DNA from: an uncultured Woeseiaceae bacterium
Lineage (GTDB): Bacteria; Pseudomonadota; Gammaproteobacteria; Steroidobacterales; Woeseiaceae
Length of the DNA: 64,000 nucleotides
NCBI GenBank assembly: GCA_945788625.1
Contig: CALZMQ010000022.1
Coordinates: forward strand, 30,007-94,006
Direction of reading: 5' to 3'
In this document: positions 46,938 to 57,487 of the stretch, piece after piece
How positions within the stretch are numbered: position 1 is the first letter of the stretch
Layout: every line of letters starts with the position of its first letter
Notes under the pieces: model-generated
Told to the model about the DNA's origin: nothing
Seen by the model: the letters and a program-made list of their open reading frames with translations, nothing else
The model's database searches: none
Program-made: the position numbers and the translations under genes

Positions 46938-47669
46938 ATGAAAATCAACAATATTGTCGTAGTTGCCAGCTTTGTCTGCTTGGTAGTGTCGTTCTGGAAC
47001 CGCAACGACCTGCCGGGCAACGTCGAGTTTCTGCCCGAGCTGATGGCCGAGCCCTTGCAGACGGCGACCCTGGCCGAGCCGTTCGATGCGCTCTACAACG
47101 ACGTCGAATATTATGTCGAGCCGGAGTACGAGTACGATCTGTACGGCATGGTGGTGTCCTACCGGCACCATGACGGCAAAAGCCGCATGCACTTTCTGGC
47201 TAACGATCACCTCAATATGCTCGACGTCTGCGTTGTCTGGGGCGAGAACGCAAAGGGCCGGTGGCTGCACAAGATCAAGTTCTGGAACGGCATCTTCACC
47301 TGCAATGTCAGCACCCGGGACAACGACGCCTGGGCGGCCTTCAACATGGAGCAATTGTCGAACAATCACCTGATTTCCAACGATGATTACATTCGTTCGC
47401 GGGTGAAAGACATTCGCATTGGCGACCAGATTCGCGTACGCGGATACCTGGCAAGTTACAGCAGTGCCAACGGCGGCAAGCGCGGCACGAGCACGACGCG
47501 CACGGACACCGGCGACGGCGCATGTGAGACCCTGTTCGTCGAACGCTTCGATATCGTCGCTCCGGCGACGAGCTACTGGCGCATATCGATGTACGCGTCG
47601 CTCGCAGTGCTTGCAATCGGCCTGATTTTTCACTTCAGGCGCCCCTACCGGCCCTACCAGGGCGATTGA
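46938..47669 (+). CDS. Hypothetical membrane protein (TM helices at both ends)
   Basis: 243-aa ORF convergent with the GT2 gene. No family recognised. Confidence 0.55.
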   Translation: MKINNIVVVASFVCLVVSFWNRNDLPGNVEFLPELMAEPLQTATLAEPFDALYNDVEYYVEPEYEYDLYGMVVSYRHHDGKSRMHFLANDHLNMLDVCVVWGENAKGRWLHKIKFWNGIFTCNVSTRDNDAWAAFNMEQLSNNHLISNDDYIRSRVKDIRIGDQIRVRGYLASYSSANGGKRGTSTTRTDTGDGACETLFVERFDIVAPATSYWRISMYASLAVLAIGLIFHFRRPYRPYQGD

Positions 47670-47679
47670 AACCTCGGCG

Positions 47680-49095
47680 TCAGGTCTCCTCGTCGGCGAG
47701 ATTATCGCTGCGCGTTAACGTCTCCCACTTGTGTTCGCGGCCCCGCAACCACCGCATCAGACCCTGAAAGCGCCAGACCGCCGTCAGCTGGCGAAAACCG
47801 AAATTCTCGAAAATGGCGACCAGGTACAGAAGGGCGAGCTGCTTGAAGCGTGGATACATGTGAAACGACTGTTCCTCGAGCATGATCGCGCTCGTCGAGA
47901 GCAGAACACCGAGTCCTATTGCAAGGCCGAGAAAAATGGCCGCCTGCGGCCAGGCGATCCAGCCCATCAGCGCGCAAATAATGATGAACAGGTACCCGGC
48001 GACCTCGATGATCGGCCCGAATAACTCGAAAATTACGTAAAAGGGGATGGCGACCCACGTGACGGTGCCGCCGCGCGGATCGGTGATCAGTTCCCTGTTC
48101 AGGGCGAGCGCCTGCCCCAGCCCATTTTGCCAGCGAACGCGTTGACTTTTCAGGTCACGCAGGTTCGACGGCGCGTCGGTCCAGCAGACCGGGTCGGGGA
48201 CGAAAGTAATACGGTAGGGTTTTCGCTTCGACTTCATGAGCCGATGCAGGCGCAACACCAGTTCCATGTCCTCGCCGACGGCTTTCGGGTTGTAGCCTCC
48301 CGCTTCGACGAGTGTTTCCTTGTGAAACAGGCCGAACGCCCCGGAGATGATCAGCAGGCCGTTGATGGGCGACCAGCCCATGCGCCCGAAGAGGAAGGCG
48401 CGCAAGTACTCCACCACCTGGACGAGGGCGAGGAAATTGCTCGGCAGACCGACTTTCTCGAGGAAACCCTGCCGTATGGTACAGCCGTTCGATATCCGCA
48501 CGGTGCCGCCGACTGCGACCGTCGTAGGATCTTCCAGGAACGGGCGTACGACGCGCCGCAGGCTGTCGGGCTGCAGGACGGAATCGGCGTCCACAATGCA
48601 CACCAGGGGGTAGCGGGCGATATTGATACCGGCGTTCGCGGCGTCGGCTTTGCTGCCGCCGTTTTCCTTGTCCACGACGCGCAGGTTGCCCTGCTGTGTC
48701 GAGCGGAAGACGCCACGAACCTGCGCGCACGGGACCCGCGCGCGATAGGCTTCCGGAAACTCCTGCATGCGAAACTCGTCGACCAGTTTTTGCAGCGTGT
48801 CGTCCGTCGAGCCGTCGTTGACGACGATCAGTTCGTACTGGGGATACTCGAGCTGCAGCATTGCCTTGACCGACGTAATGATCGATGCCGACTCGTTGAA
48901 GGCCGGTACGATAACGCTGATCGGGATATCCAGCGACGAAAACACGCTCTCGGCCTCGAATTGCTCGGCCGTTTGCAGGTAGCGGCGAATACCCCAGGCG
49001 GCGATAACGTTCTGCAGCAGATAGCCGACATTGATCCCGATGAAATAGGCGAGAAACACCCACTGTCCCGACAAAACGAAGTCCTGCAGCGTCAT
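47680..49095 (-). CDS. Processive family-2 glycosyltransferase (PgaC/IcaA/NfrB-like polysaccharide synthase)
   Basis: VIVPAFNES, VNDGSTDDT, DADS, GEDMEL and QRVRWQNG (the QxxRW motif), with multiple C-terminal TM helices. ATG 49095 forms an ATGA overlap with the upstream gene; the track ORF is over-extended. Confidence 0.85.
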   Translation of the reverse strand: MTLQDFVLSGQWVFLAYFIGINVGYLLQNVIAAWGIRRYLQTAEQFEAESVFSSLDIPISVIVPAFNESASIITSVKAMLQLEYPQYELIVVNDGSTDDTLQKLVDEFRMQEFPEAYRARVPCAQVRGVFRSTQQGNLRVVDKENGGSKADAANAGINIARYPLVCIVDADSVLQPDSLRRVVRPFLEDPTTVAVGGTVRISNGCTIRQGFLEKVGLPSNFLALVQVVEYLRAFLFGRMGWSPINGLLIISGAFGLFHKETLVEAGGYNPKAVGEDMELVLRLHRLMKSKRKPYRITFVPDPVCWTDAPSNLRDLKSQRVRWQNGLGQALALNRELITDPRGGTVTWVAIPFYVIFELFGPIIEVAGYLFIIICALMGWIAWPQAAIFLGLAIGLGVLLSTSAIMLEEQSFHMYPRFKQLALLYLVAIFENFGFRQLTAVWRFQGLMRWLRGREHKWETLTRSDNLADEET

Positions 49096-50165
49096 GCGAG
49101 GCCAACCTCCGCGAACGATTGCTGCAAGATGTCGCTTGCATAGCGGTCGGACTGCCGCTCGCGCAGCCGCCTCAAGCAGTTGGGACCCAGGAACGGCAGG
49201 GACGCGATCGCCTGGGCAGCACGGTAGCGGACCCACCATTCGGGGTCGTCGAGCAGGGATTCGAGTAGCGACAAATGCTCTTCCTGACCGATACGCCCCA
49301 GGACTTTTGCAGCCTGCATGCGTACGAACCAGGCATCGTGCTGTGTCAGTGCCGCGATACGCGGCACGCCGCCAAAGCCGCCGACCAGTTTGAGCGCAGC
49401 GTTCAGCACTCCGGGGTCGTTACTGTCCCTGATGAGATCTTCAAGTAGAGCGTCGAGTACTTCGGCCTCGATCAGCCGGGAGAACTGCAGCAGGTAGGTT
49501 CTATTGGCATTGTTGGCCGAGCGAATAGCGCGGTACATGGGCTCGCTTATGCGCTCGCTGCCTGCCATGCGCAGCATGATAGAGATGCGGTTTCTCGGCC
49601 AGTCGCGACGTTTCTCGATCATCGGTATGACGATCGGGACCGCGTAGCTCGGGTCGATATCGACGAGGGCAACCGCCGCTGTAATCGAAAGCGCCGTGTT
49701 TTCGTGGTCCAGAAGCGACCGGATGTCGTCTCGCCGCCGGGAGTCGCGCAGGTGGCCGAAGGTTTGAACCGCGAGAATCCGTGGTCGCACACGGCGTTTG
49801 TGCAACAGATTGAGTGCGAGGCCCGGTATACCGGTTCGCCGCGCAAGGACGATCAGGTTTTCGGCGGCCGTACCGTCGACCATGCTGCGGGAGTGGTTCC
49901 ATTCCTCGAGCAGGTCCGTGCGGCTACTGCGACCGACGGGCGGCAACGTGCATTGCCGGGCAGCGTCCTCCGACAACATCGCGCTTGCGAATACGTCGCG
50001 CCAGGCCCTGATGAAACGCGCACGTCGCCTGTCGCTGGCGAGAGTCGCGAATCGCAAACCGAGCGTGTAGACGAACAGGACGATCGTCGTCGCAACGACC
50101 ACGGCGATGGACCACAACGCAACGGTTGTAATGGCGTCAAATTCGGATCGAAACAGCCATTCCAA
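49092..50165 (-). CDS. Membrane-anchored HEAT/PBS-lyase-repeat protein
   Basis: N-terminal TM helix. HEAT-like units such as DAWFVRMQAAKVLGRIG and DPEWWVRYRAAQAIASL. A TTG at 50165 lies 7 nt after AGGAGG; the alternative ATG is at 50207. Confidence 0.6.
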   Translation of the reverse strand: MEWLFRSEFDAITTVALWSIAVVVATTIVLFVYTLGLRFATLASDRRRARFIRAWRDVFASAMLSEDAARQCTLPPVGRSSRTDLLEEWNHSRSMVDGTAAENLIVLARRTGIPGLALNLLHKRRVRPRILAVQTFGHLRDSRRRDDIRSLLDHENTALSITAAVALVDIDPSYAVPIVIPMIEKRRDWPRNRISIMLRMAGSERISEPMYRAIRSANNANRTYLLQFSRLIEAEVLDALLEDLIRDSNDPGVLNAALKLVGGFGGVPRIAALTQHDAWFVRMQAAKVLGRIGQEEHLSLLESLLDDPEWWVRYRAAQAIASLPFLGPNCLRRLRERQSDRYASDILQQSFAEVGLA

Positions 50166-51291
50166 GGTAATGCCTCCTGTAGTAATCGCCCTGGTCGTGC
50201 ACGCCAAGCCACCATTGAAGGCCGAAACGATCGCTCAGCTTGCGGCGACCGCTCACCGAGAAACCACGCACCTCCGTCTCCAGCACACGGCCGTTGCCGA
50301 CGGCCTCTGCTTCTTCGCCCGTACTCAGCGTGAAGCCGACACTCGCGTTGTCGTTGTAGTACCAGTTCGCCGTAAGTCCGTGGTTCAGGGAGTTCGACGC
50401 GCCTTGCAGCCGGGACATCCCGAGCGCATAACTGATGCGAAAGTCACCGAAGTAATTTTCGACGGTGCCTGTTAGCGAATCGACCGTCGCAGAGGGGTAT
50501 TGCCGCCGGCGATATCGAAGGTCGACAACCCATCCGTCGGCGAGCGGCGTGCCGGCGTGGCCGCCGTAGCCGAGTTCGGGCTGGAATTCGGCGCCGCCGG
50601 CCGTGGTCAGGTCGAGGCCCGCAAACCAGCCACGTTTCCATGCGTGTTCGATTCCCACGCCAACAGTAGAATCGGCCCCCGCATACCGCTCGTCGCGCGC
50701 TAGCCGGAACAGGTATCGCCGATCCGGATCCGGGTCGAGAGAAAGCTCCACGAACTGGCCGTTCCAGCCCGGCAGGCTGTTGCTGAGCGCATCGTGGCTC
50801 GCGCCAAGCAACAGCGTCCATCGTGACGCCTCGCGCCGGTCTGCTGCGCGCCACCAGTCGGCATCCGGGAATCGCTCGGCCGCCTCGAGACGCAAGGATT
50901 CGTGGTCTGTGTTTTCTGTTCCCGATTGCCCGCGTGCGAGCAGGTTCAACCTGAGTTTCCAGACATCCTCGTAGTGCGGAGCGAGTTCGGTTGCGGCTTC
51001 GAGTTCGCGTAATGCGTCATCGACCCGTTCCAGCCGTGAGTAGATCTGGGCACGCGCCAACGCGTAGTCCACGTCGAAGGGATAATCGTCGCGCAGGGCG
51101 TCCAGGCACGTTAATGCGGCGTCGAGGTTACCGGCATCGCGCCACGAGAGAGCCTGTCTGAATCGCTGCGCGGGGATCGACGAGGCGCATTCTGCACCGT
51201 CGTTTGCCATCGCATCTGCAAGCGCAGGCGGGGCGCCCGAGAACATGCCGAAAAGAACAACCAAAGCGCCGATTTTTCGAATGTTGTTCAT
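50137..51291 (-). CDS. Outer-membrane TPR plus beta-barrel protein (YaiO/PgaA/NfrA-like exopolysaccharide porin candidate)
   Basis: Signal peptide MNNIRKIGALVVLFGMFSGAPPALA, TPR-like helices, then alternating beta-strand sequence to the C-terminus. The 569-aa track ORF is an over-extension into the receiver gene. Confidence 0.6.
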   Translation of the reverse strand: MNNIRKIGALVVLFGMFSGAPPALADAMANDGAECASSIPAQRFRQALSWRDAGNLDAALTCLDALRDDYPFDVDYALARAQIYSRLERVDDALRELEAATELAPHYEDVWKLRLNLLARGQSGTENTDHESLRLEAAERFPDADWWRAADRREASRWTLLLGASHDALSNSLPGWNGQFVELSLDPDPDRRYLFRLARDERYAGADSTVGVGIEHAWKRGWFAGLDLTTAGGAEFQPELGYGGHAGTPLADGWVVDLRYRRRQYPSATVDSLTGTVENYFGDFRISYALGMSRLQGASNSLNHGLTANWYYNDNASVGFTLSTGEEAEAVGNGRVLETEVRGFSVSGRRKLSDRFGLQWWLGVHDQGDYYRRHYLGMAVSIRI

Positions 51292-51707
51292 GACGGCGGC
51301 ATCAGGCGTTCGTGATCCGCAACCACCCGGCGCAACCGGGCGAGCAGCTCTTCGGGCCGAAATGGTTTCGTAACGTAGTCGTTTGCACCCAGGTCGAGCG
51401 CTTTGACGATGTCGTGCTCCAGCACTTTTCCCGACAACACGACGATTGGGACATGCTGCCAGAGCGGGTCCTCCCTGATCTCGGTGATGAGCTGATAGCC
51501 CGAGATGTAAGGCAGCATCAGGTCCAGGAGGACAACATCGACGGGCTCGAGATTCTCGATTGCGGCCTGCGCGTCCCTGCCATTCGGCACCGCATTCACA
51601 TCGTAGCCGGCGCGCCGCAGGATGAATTCGAGCATATAGCAAACGTGCTCGTTGTCCTCGACGACGAGCGCTCGATGCGTGCTGAATTGTTGGGCTCGTG
51701 CCACCAC
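51288..51707 (-). CDS. Stand-alone receiver-domain response regulator
   Basis: ALVVEDNE...VVLLDLMLPYISG...DYVTKPF. ATGA overlap with the porin-like gene. GTG start. Confidence 0.85.
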   Translation of the reverse strand: MVARAQQFSTHRALVVEDNEHVCYMLEFILRRAGYDVNAVPNGRDAQAAIENLEPVDVVLLDLMLPYISGYQLITEIREDPLWQHVPIVVLSGKVLEHDIVKALDLGANDYVTKPFRPEELLARLRRVVADHERLMPPS

Positions 51708-51905
51708 CGTCAGAAAGTCCCGTCTGTTTCACATAATGTTCGGTCGCCCCGATCGTTACGGGCGGTATTCCATAACGAATTGTCGGCAAGGGGGCCGAAT
51801 TCTGAATACCCGACCGGACCGGGTTGCGGTCGATACCACTGTGCAACGGCCTGAAAACCGTGGAAAATCCGGCCCTCTTAGCACGAGTTCTCCGAGGGCG
51901 GCATC

Positions 51906-53063
51906 TTGAGTTTCTTCGAACGGTACCTGACGGTGTGGGTCTTGTTGTGCATCGTCGCGGGAATCGCGCTCGGCAAGATCGCGCCCGAAGTCGCCCAGGC
52001 GCTGGACGGAATGGCGATCACGGTAAACGGGGCTCCGGTGATTTCGGTGCCGATCGCCGTTTGCCTGTTCCTCATGATGTACCCGATCATGGTGAAGATC
52101 GATTTCCACGAGGTGGTAAAGGCCGGCAAGGCCGCGCGCCCTGTGGGCCTGACGCTGTTCATCAACTGGGCCGTCAAGCCCTTCACGATGTACGCGATCG
52201 CGAGTTTCTTCCTCGGCACGCTGTTCCTCGCGTTCATAGGGCCCGATGCCGTCGATCTCGTCAAAATGCCGCTGGGTGAGAGCCTCGTCGTCGGAGATAC
52301 CTACGGCGCCGGACGCGTTGTGCTCGTCGACGGCGTGAAGATGCTCGAAGTGCCGTTGTGGCGCAGCTACCTCGCCGGCTGCATCCTGCTGGGTATTGCC
52401 CCCTGCACGGCCATGGTGCTCGTGTGGGGCTACCTGTCGAAGGGGAACGACGGCCACACGCTGGTCATGGTGGCAATCAACTCGCTCACGATGCTATTGC
52501 TGTTCGGCTTTCTCGGCGGTTTCCTGCTGGGCGTGGGCAAGTTGCCCGTGCCCTGGGAGGCCCTGTTGCTCTCGATCGGCGTCTACGTTGCTCTGCCGCT
52601 GGTCGCCGGCTACGGGTCTCGAAAATGGATAATCGCGGCAAAAGGCGAGGAGTGGTTCCGCGAGAGGTTCCTGCATTTTCTCACGCCGGTCACCATTACC
52701 GCGCTGCTGGTCACGCTGGTCCTGTTGTTCTCTTTCAAGGGCGAGACGATCGTGCAGAAGCCGCTGACGATACTCTGGATCGCTATTCCGCTGTTCATTC
52801 AAACGGTCGTCGTTTTTGCGCTTGGCTATGGACTGGCGAAGCTGTTGCGGCTCAGTTACGAGAATGCGGCGCCCACTGCGATGATTGGTGCGTCCAACCA
52901 CTTCGAGGTAGCCATTGCCACCGCGGCCATGCTGTACGGGCTGTCGTCGGGCGCCGCACTCGCTACGGTTGTCGGCGTCCTGATCGAGGTGCCACTCATG
53001 TTAATGTTAGTCAGGGTCTGTCTGGCGACGCAGGACTGGTTTCGCCATGAAACTGCAAACTAG
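51906..53063 (+). CDS. acr3: ACR3-family arsenite efflux permease
   Basis: [24 protein letters not shown]-terminus and [14 protein letters not shown] with the conserved Cys. TTG start. Carries an extra ~40-aa loop ([38 protein letters not shown]). Confidence 0.8.
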   Translation: MSFFERYLTVWVLLCIVAGIALGKIAPEVAQALDGMAITVNGAPVISVPIAVCLFLMMYPIMVKIDFHEVVKAGKAARPVGLTLFINWAVKPFTMYAIASFFLGTLFLAFIGPDAVDLVKMPLGESLVVGDTYGAGRVVLVDGVKMLEVPLWRSYLAGCILLGIAPCTAMVLVWGYLSKGNDGHTLVMVAINSLTMLLLFGFLGGFLLGVGKLPVPWEALLLSIGVYVALPLVAGYGSRKWIIAAKGEEWFRERFLHFLTPVTITALLVTLVLLFSFKGETIVQKPLTILWIAIPLFIQTVVVFALGYGLAKLLRLSYENAAPTAMIGASNHFEVAIATAAMLYGLSSGAALATVVGVLIEVPLMLMLVRVCLATQDWFRHETAN

Positions 53064-54219
53064 CCCGCTGTTTGCGCTGGGCTTTCGTCCGTTCTACCTG
53101 TTTGCAGGCCTGTTTGCGATTGTGTCGATAGCGTTCTGGTTGCTGACCTACGTGGGTGACATCCAGGCGGGCGGATACCTGCGTGGGGTTTTCTGGCACA
53201 GGCACGAAATGGTGTACGGCTTCGCGATTGCCGTGATGGCTGGCTTTCTGCTGACCGCCGTGCGCAACTGGACAGGACTGCCGACGCCTACCGGATTGGC
53301 CCTTGCCGGTCTGGCCGCAGTATGGCTCGCGGGACGCGTTTTTATCGTTACGGGACCGCCGATGCTGGCAGCGCTCGTGGACGTAACGTTCATTCCACTA
53401 CTCGCTGTTGCCATCGCCGTGCCGATAATCAGGAGCCGCAACGGTCGTAACTACAAGATCGTCGCTTTGTTGGCCCTCATTGCGATCGCACACCTCGTGT
53501 ACCATCTTGCGTTTCTCGGTTCTTTCCCGTCCTGGCTCAACCACACATCGGTCATCTCGGCGATCGAACTCATTACGCTAGTGTTCGCCATCGTAGCCGG
53601 CCGGGTAATACCGGCATTTACGAGAAATGCGATCCCCGGATCGGACCCGAAAAACGAAACGTGGCTGGAGACACTGGCATTCGGGTCGCTGGTGCTGATC
53701 GCCATCGCAACAGTGAGCAGCGATTGGGTATCTGTACCGGTGCTCATCCCCACCGTCTTGCTCGTCATTGCCGCGGTATCGCATTCGCTGCGGCTCGCCC
53801 TGTGGCAACCGCACCTGACGGTCACCAGGCCCTTGTTGTGGATGATGCCGGTGGCGTATTCCTGGTTGCCGCTGGCGCTGTTCCTGCGCGCGTTGGCCGG
53901 ACACGCGGTCGTCGGCCAGGGGGCGTGGATACATGCGCTAACGGCCGGTGCCATCAGCGGCATGATGCTCGCAATGATGATGCGAAGTTCGCTGGGCCAT
54001 ACGGGCCGGGCGCTCGAGGCGACGAGTGTGGATATGAGCGCGTTTCTGCTGTTGCAACTGGCAGCAATCGTCCGCGTGACCGCCGGGTTCTTTTCGGCGG
54101 ACCTGTACCGGCCGCTCGTTATTTTTTCGGGCGTGTTATGGGTTCTGGCATTCAGCGTTTTCGTTGCGCGCTATCTGCCGATGTTCGTAAAGCCACGGAT
54201 TGACGGCCGCCCCGGGTAA
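53047..54219 (+). CDS. nnrS: NnrS-family membrane protein
   Basis: [19 protein letters not shown]...[10 protein letters not shown] is the characteristic NnrS N-terminus. Multi-TM. 17-nt overlap with acr3. Confidence 0.85.
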   Translation: MKLQTSPLFALGFRPFYLFAGLFAIVSIAFWLLTYVGDIQAGGYLRGVFWHRHEMVYGFAIAVMAGFLLTAVRNWTGLPTPTGLALAGLAAVWLAGRVFIVTGPPMLAALVDVTFIPLLAVAIAVPIIRSRNGRNYKIVALLALIAIAHLVYHLAFLGSFPSWLNHTSVISAIELITLVFAIVAGRVIPAFTRNAIPGSDPKNETWLETLAFGSLVLIAIATVSSDWVSVPVLIPTVLLVIAAVSHSLRLALWQPHLTVTRPLLWMMPVAYSWLPLALFLRALAGHAVVGQGAWIHALTAGAISGMMLAMMMRSSLGHTGRALEATSVDMSAFLLLQLAAIVRVTAGFFSADLYRPLVIFSGVLWVLAFSVFVARYLPMFVKPRIDGRPG

Positions 54220-55383
54220 TTACCCATAAAGTTCGGCGATGCTGTGCCTTGCCAAATCGACCAGTTCCGGCACTGCGCGATCGAGTTCTTCCTTTATGGC
54301 CGCCGAGCGATCGAGCGTTTCTAGCGCAAGTTCGACGATCTTGCCGGCGTCCCAGTCCGCATCCTCCACGACTTGCCCGGCGAGTCCCAGGGAGCCCAGG
54401 TAGGCGGCGACTTTTGCGTCGTAAGCCAGGCCGATGGCCGGCACGCGTTCACTCGCGGCGAAGATTACCGAATGCAGGCGGGCGCCGATGAGCAGGTCGA
54501 GTTCGGCGACAATCGATTTGATGGCGCCCGGCGACAGTTTTCCCGGAACGACGGTTATGTGTTCTGCAACGGGCATTGACGACAGCAGGCGCTCGCCAAT
54601 CGCGTCGTCCTGGTCCGGATGCATGGAGACGAAGACAATGTGTGCGGCGTGTTCGTCGACGAGACGCTTCGCAACGTCGGCCGCTGCACGAAAGGTCTCT
54701 TCGAATTCCGCCGAGTACGCGGAGCGCTGCTTCGCATTGCCGACGGGCGGGCGCAGAGATAAACCGATCAGGCGCCGGCCCTGCTGCCTGGCCTTTGCGA
54801 GCGAATCGACGATTGCGCCGGTCGCATGCTCGCCGGTCACGGCCAACAGGTGCGCGAGATCGGCCGTGATTTCGGCGCGCTCGGCCTTTATACCAATGTC
54901 GGCCAGCAGCTCAGCCGATTTCCGGTCACGGACGCTGATTGACCTGGCGTGCCGACAGGCCGACGCCGTCAGGCGCCGTGAGATCGACCGGCGCAGCGGA
55001 CCGATACCGACGCCACACAATGCATAGGGTGTTCTTGCCAGCCTTGCCATCCAGGTGCGACTCATGTGGAACAACAGGTTTCCGAGGCTGGTCGAGTCCT
55101 GGATGATGCCGCCGCCACCAACGACCAGGAGGTCGGCTTGTCGAATCGCGTTGAATGTCGACATTGCGCCGCGAAGGACGCCGGAACGCACCACGCCGGC
55201 GCCTGCCTGGCGCTTGCCAGTGGCTTCAGGAGTGAACGTGAGGATATCCACCGTATGGCCGCGATCGACGAGTTCGCGAACCAGCACGGAGAGTATTGCC
55301 TCGTCGCCGACGTTCAGGGTGCCGTAGGAATTCGACAGTACTATTCGCAATCTTTCAGAGCCGCCAGTGACGTGTGGGTCCAT
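54220..55383 (-). CDS. Polysaccharide pyruvyl transferase family protein
   Basis: RIVLSNSYGTLNVGDEAILSVLVREL and GGGGIIQD motifs. The start is uncertain (ATG 55383 or GTG 55455). Confidence 0.7.
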   Translation of the reverse strand: MDPHVTGGSERLRIVLSNSYGTLNVGDEAILSVLVRELVDRGHTVDILTFTPEATGKRQAGAGVVRSGVLRGAMSTFNAIRQADLLVVGGGGIIQDSTSLGNLLFHMSRTWMARLARTPYALCGVGIGPLRRSISRRLTASACRHARSISVRDRKSAELLADIGIKAERAEITADLAHLLAVTGEHATGAIVDSLAKARQQGRRLIGLSLRPPVGNAKQRSAYSAEFEETFRAAADVAKRLVDEHAAHIVFVSMHPDQDDAIGERLLSSMPVAEHITVVPGKLSPGAIKSIVAELDLLIGARLHSVIFAASERVPAIGLAYDAKVAAYLGSLGLAGQVVEDADWDAGKIVELALETLDRSAAIKEELDRAVPELVDLARHSIAELYG

Positions 55384-55476
55384 TGTAACGACATTTGGCA
55401 GCGACGAAACGTGCCAGAAGCACGACGAAGCGTGGGTGCGGTAACGGTCGAACACCTATAATCGGCAATTCGACAG

Positions 55477-56559
55477 GTGGGAGCGCACATCTTGAATCTT
55501 GACCAGTTGTTCCGGGACAGGGGCCGCCTGTTCTGGATACTGAATATTTCCGGTTGGGTCGGCTATACCGTGGCCGCCTGGTTGGGTGCGCTCGCCCACG
55601 AAAAACCAGAGTCCTATTTCGCGGTCATAGCGGTCACGGCCGTGGCAGGATTCCTGCTCACGCTCGTATTGCGCGCGATAAACCGTCGCCTCTGGGCGCA
55701 GTCGCCCGCGATCCTCGCATTGGGGCTCATCGTCAGCTGCTACGTCATGGCCATCGGCTGGCGCTGGTTGCAAAACGTCCTTTACTACGACTGGGTAAAG
55801 CAAAACTGGCAGCCCGAACACCTGATGGACTATGTCGGCGGTGTGATGGGTTCGTTTTATATATTGCTGTGCTGGAGCGGCCTGTATTTCGGCATCAAGT
55901 ACTACCAGAAACTGCAGGAGCAGACGGAACAGACCCTGAAGGCGACAGCCGCCGCGCACCAGGCGCAATTGAAGATGCTGCGCTACCAGCTCAACCCGCA
56001 TTTCCTGTTCAATACGCTGAACGCAATTTCGACGCTGATACTGGATGGTGCGAACGATACGGCCAACAAGGCGGTGAGTCGCTTGAGCGATTTCCTGCGT
56101 TACACGCTCGACAACGATCCAATGAGCCGCGTGACGCTCGGCTCCGAACTCGGCGCCATCGATCTCTATCTTGAAATAGAGAAAGTCCGCTTCGGCGATC
56201 GCCTCGTGATCGAAAAAGCGGTCGAGGATAAAGCGCTGCAGGCGCTGCTGCCGAGCCTGATACTGCAACCCCTGATCGAAAACGCGATCAAGCACGCCAT
56301 TTCGCCCAGCGAGGAAGGGGGCACGCTTCGAATCTCGGCGAAGGTGCAGCGCGACACGCTTGTGTTGCAGTTGACCGATACAGGGCCCGGACTCGGGAAC
56401 GGCGGGACGGCAAAGAAGTCCAGCGGCGTGGGGCTCAAGAACACGCGGGAGCGACTGCAACAGCTCTATGGAGAGCGGCAGGCGTTCACACTGGCGCCCA
56501 ATGAACCGTCCGGCCTAACGATTACGATCAATATCCCCTACGAGGTAGAGCATGCTTAA
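55477..56559 (+). CDS. LytS/YehU-type sensor histidine kinase
   Basis: Multi-TM N-terminus. His_kinase motif LRYQLNPHFLFNTLNAISTLI and a C-terminal HATPase (GVGLKNTRERL). Confidence 0.85.
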   Translation: MGAHILNLDQLFRDRGRLFWILNISGWVGYTVAAWLGALAHEKPESYFAVIAVTAVAGFLLTLVLRAINRRLWAQSPAILALGLIVSCYVMAIGWRWLQNVLYYDWVKQNWQPEHLMDYVGGVMGSFYILLCWSGLYFGIKYYQKLQEQTEQTLKATAAAHQAQLKMLRYQLNPHFLFNTLNAISTLILDGANDTANKAVSRLSDFLRYTLDNDPMSRVTLGSELGAIDLYLEIEKVRFGDRLVIEKAVEDKALQALLPSLILQPLIENAIKHAISPSEEGGTLRISAKVQRDTLVLQLTDTGPGLGNGGTAKKSSGVGLKNTRERLQQLYGERQAFTLAPNEPSGLTITINIPYEVEHA

Positions 56560-57358
56560 GGCGCTTATTGTCGACGACGAGGAACTCGCGCGTCGCGGTC
56601 TTGAAATACGGCTTGAACAGTTCCCCGATATCTCGATCTGCGGACAGAGCCGCAATGGCCGCGAGGCGCTTGCTGCCGTGCGTGAACATTCACCGGACCT
56701 GATGTTCCTCGACGTGCAGATGCCCGGGATGGACGGTTTCGAGGTGTTGCGCCGGCTGTCAGGAAGCAAGATGCCGGCGATCATCTTTGTCACGGCTTAC
56801 GACGAGTTCGCGTTGCAGGCCTTTGACGCCAATGCCCTCGACTACCTTCTGAAACCGATCAATGACGAGCGCCTCCTCGAGGCCATCGAACGCGCGCGCA
56901 AGATCAGCGACGAACGGCTCGCCAACGAGCACCGCAGTAAGCTGCTCAAATTCGTGTGTGAACTGACCGGCCGGGAGCTGACGCTCGAATCCGCCCTGGC
57001 GGCGGCCGGCGGCGACGGACCGTCGTACCCCAAGCGCATTGCGATTCGCGACGGCAGCGAGACAACGTTTGTCGACGTGGATGCCATCGACTGGATCGAC
57101 GCGGCCGGAGACTATATGTGCGTGCACGCACACGGCGACACGCATGTACTGCGCGGCACGATGAAGCACCTCGAGGAGCTGCTGAGCCCCGAGGTCTTCG
57201 TGCGCATTCACCGCTCTGCGATCGTCAACCGGCACCGTGTGACCTCCATGCGACCGCATCGTAACGGCGAGTATTTCCTGAGGCTCGACACGGACACGGA
57301 GCTCAAGCTGAGTCGCAAATACAAGGGGAACCTCGAACGTCTCGCGAATCAGATGTAG
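56552..57358 (+). CDS. LytTR-family response regulator
   Basis: Receiver (LIVDDEELAR...MFLDVQMPGMDG) plus a LytTR domain (IAIRDGSETTFVDVDAIDWIDAAGDYMCVH...RIHRSAIVN). Confidence 0.9.
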   Translation: MLKALIVDDEELARRGLEIRLEQFPDISICGQSRNGREALAAVREHSPDLMFLDVQMPGMDGFEVLRRLSGSKMPAIIFVTAYDEFALQAFDANALDYLLKPINDERLLEAIERARKISDERLANEHRSKLLKFVCELTGRELTLESALAAAGGDGPSYPKRIAIRDGSETTFVDVDAIDWIDAAGDYMCVHAHGDTHVLRGTMKHLEELLSPEVFVRIHRSAIVNRHRVTSMRPHRNGEYFLRLDTDTELKLSRKYKGNLERLANQM

Positions 57359-57487
57359 GAATCCGGGCCCGTAGCAGGGCACCGCACGTTTCGTCGTGAG
57401 CGCGAAACGGCTCGTCGCAAACCGTTAAACGCCGGATCAGCAGCCAGACTCTAAAGGGCATTGCGTCATCGCCTTTGGGGAAACGAC

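Noticed and set aside
50137-51846. 569-aa ORF suggesting a much larger porin-like protein
   Set aside because: The first 185 codons are Arg/Ala/Pro-rich and overlap the well-supported receiver gene (51288-51707) in another frame. A signal peptide follows the internal Met at 51291, which forms an ATGA junction with the receiver gene.
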